NCBI GenBank assembly: GCA_036386975.1
Contig: DASVUQ010000315.1
Span: forward strand, 1 to 38,027
Direction: 5' to 3'
DNA from: Flavobacterium sp.
Lineage (GTDB): Bacteria; Bacteroidota; Bacteroidia; Flavobacteriales; Flavobacteriaceae
DNA length: 38,027 nt
A program made the translations under genes and the position numbers. This document shows, in pieces, positions 37,720 through 38,027 of this stretch; position 1 is the first letter of the stretch, and every line of letters starts with the position of its first letter. The notes beneath the pieces were generated by a model, which saw only the letters and a list, made by a program, of their open reading frames with translations, was not told where the DNA came from and searched no databases.

Positions 37720-37865
37720 ATTTATGATTGTTTGTTGTTATAGCTAAATTAAAATAATGGATCCTATTTTATAATTTTAAAAAGTGGATAAGAATCGCTA
37801 AAAATTTATAGTTTTTTTAAATCCAATGAATTGTCAGGAGCACAAAATCTACTATTTCCACAGCT

Positions 37866-37925
37866 TTTGTCCCGCTTTCCGCTTTATCTGCGCAAAAGAA
37901 GCGCAGGATGCCGCTACAATCCTAC
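37866..37925 (+). ncRNA. Flavobacterial interspersed structured repeat (Flavo-1-like motif)
   Basis: tgtcccgctttccgctttatc-[hairpin ctgcgc/gcgcag]-gatgccgctacaatc resembles, from memory, a repeat common in Flavobacterium intergenic regions; not checked against Rfam. Confidence 0.45.
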
Positions 37926-38027
37926 CGTGTGGACACATCTACGAATAATTGCCATCCCTGCATAATTGCTGCGAATTTTTGTATTCCTATAGCGAAAGTT
38001 GTTATTCCTGGTTTTCGCCCACTGGCA

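Overview
Flavobacterium-like (Bacteroidota) chromosome. Bases 1 to ~29500 are the right part of a siphovirus-type prophage, in this order: terminase large subunit, SPP1-type portal, scaffold, decoration protein, major capsid, head-tail and tail genes, TP901-type tape measure, an AT-rich cargo (moron) block, two tail proteins, tail fibre, lysis cassette, a PIN-nuclease two-gene module, hicAB and a tyrosine integrase. The prophage abuts the 3' end of a tRNA-Asn(GTT) gene. Bases ~29500-38027 are host core genes (rseP, namA/yqjM, T9SS M1 aminopeptidase, pfkB-family kinase, purF). The most notable unexplained signals are: (1) a PIN toxin with a clamp-motif-like tail, paired with an unusually large multi-domain partner that ends in a VapB-like tail; (2) a hicAB mRNA whose 5' leader and start codon are complementary to its own 3' end; (3) a three-hairpin RNA element with loop-loop complementarity inside the tail operon; (4) tandem cargo cassettes bounded by duplicated tape-measure-end/promoter and terminator sequences; (5) a perfect 17-bp palindromic operator on three structural-gene promoters, two of which also carry a Fur-box-like palindrome. 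All calls come from reading the sequence and translations by eye; no searches were run.
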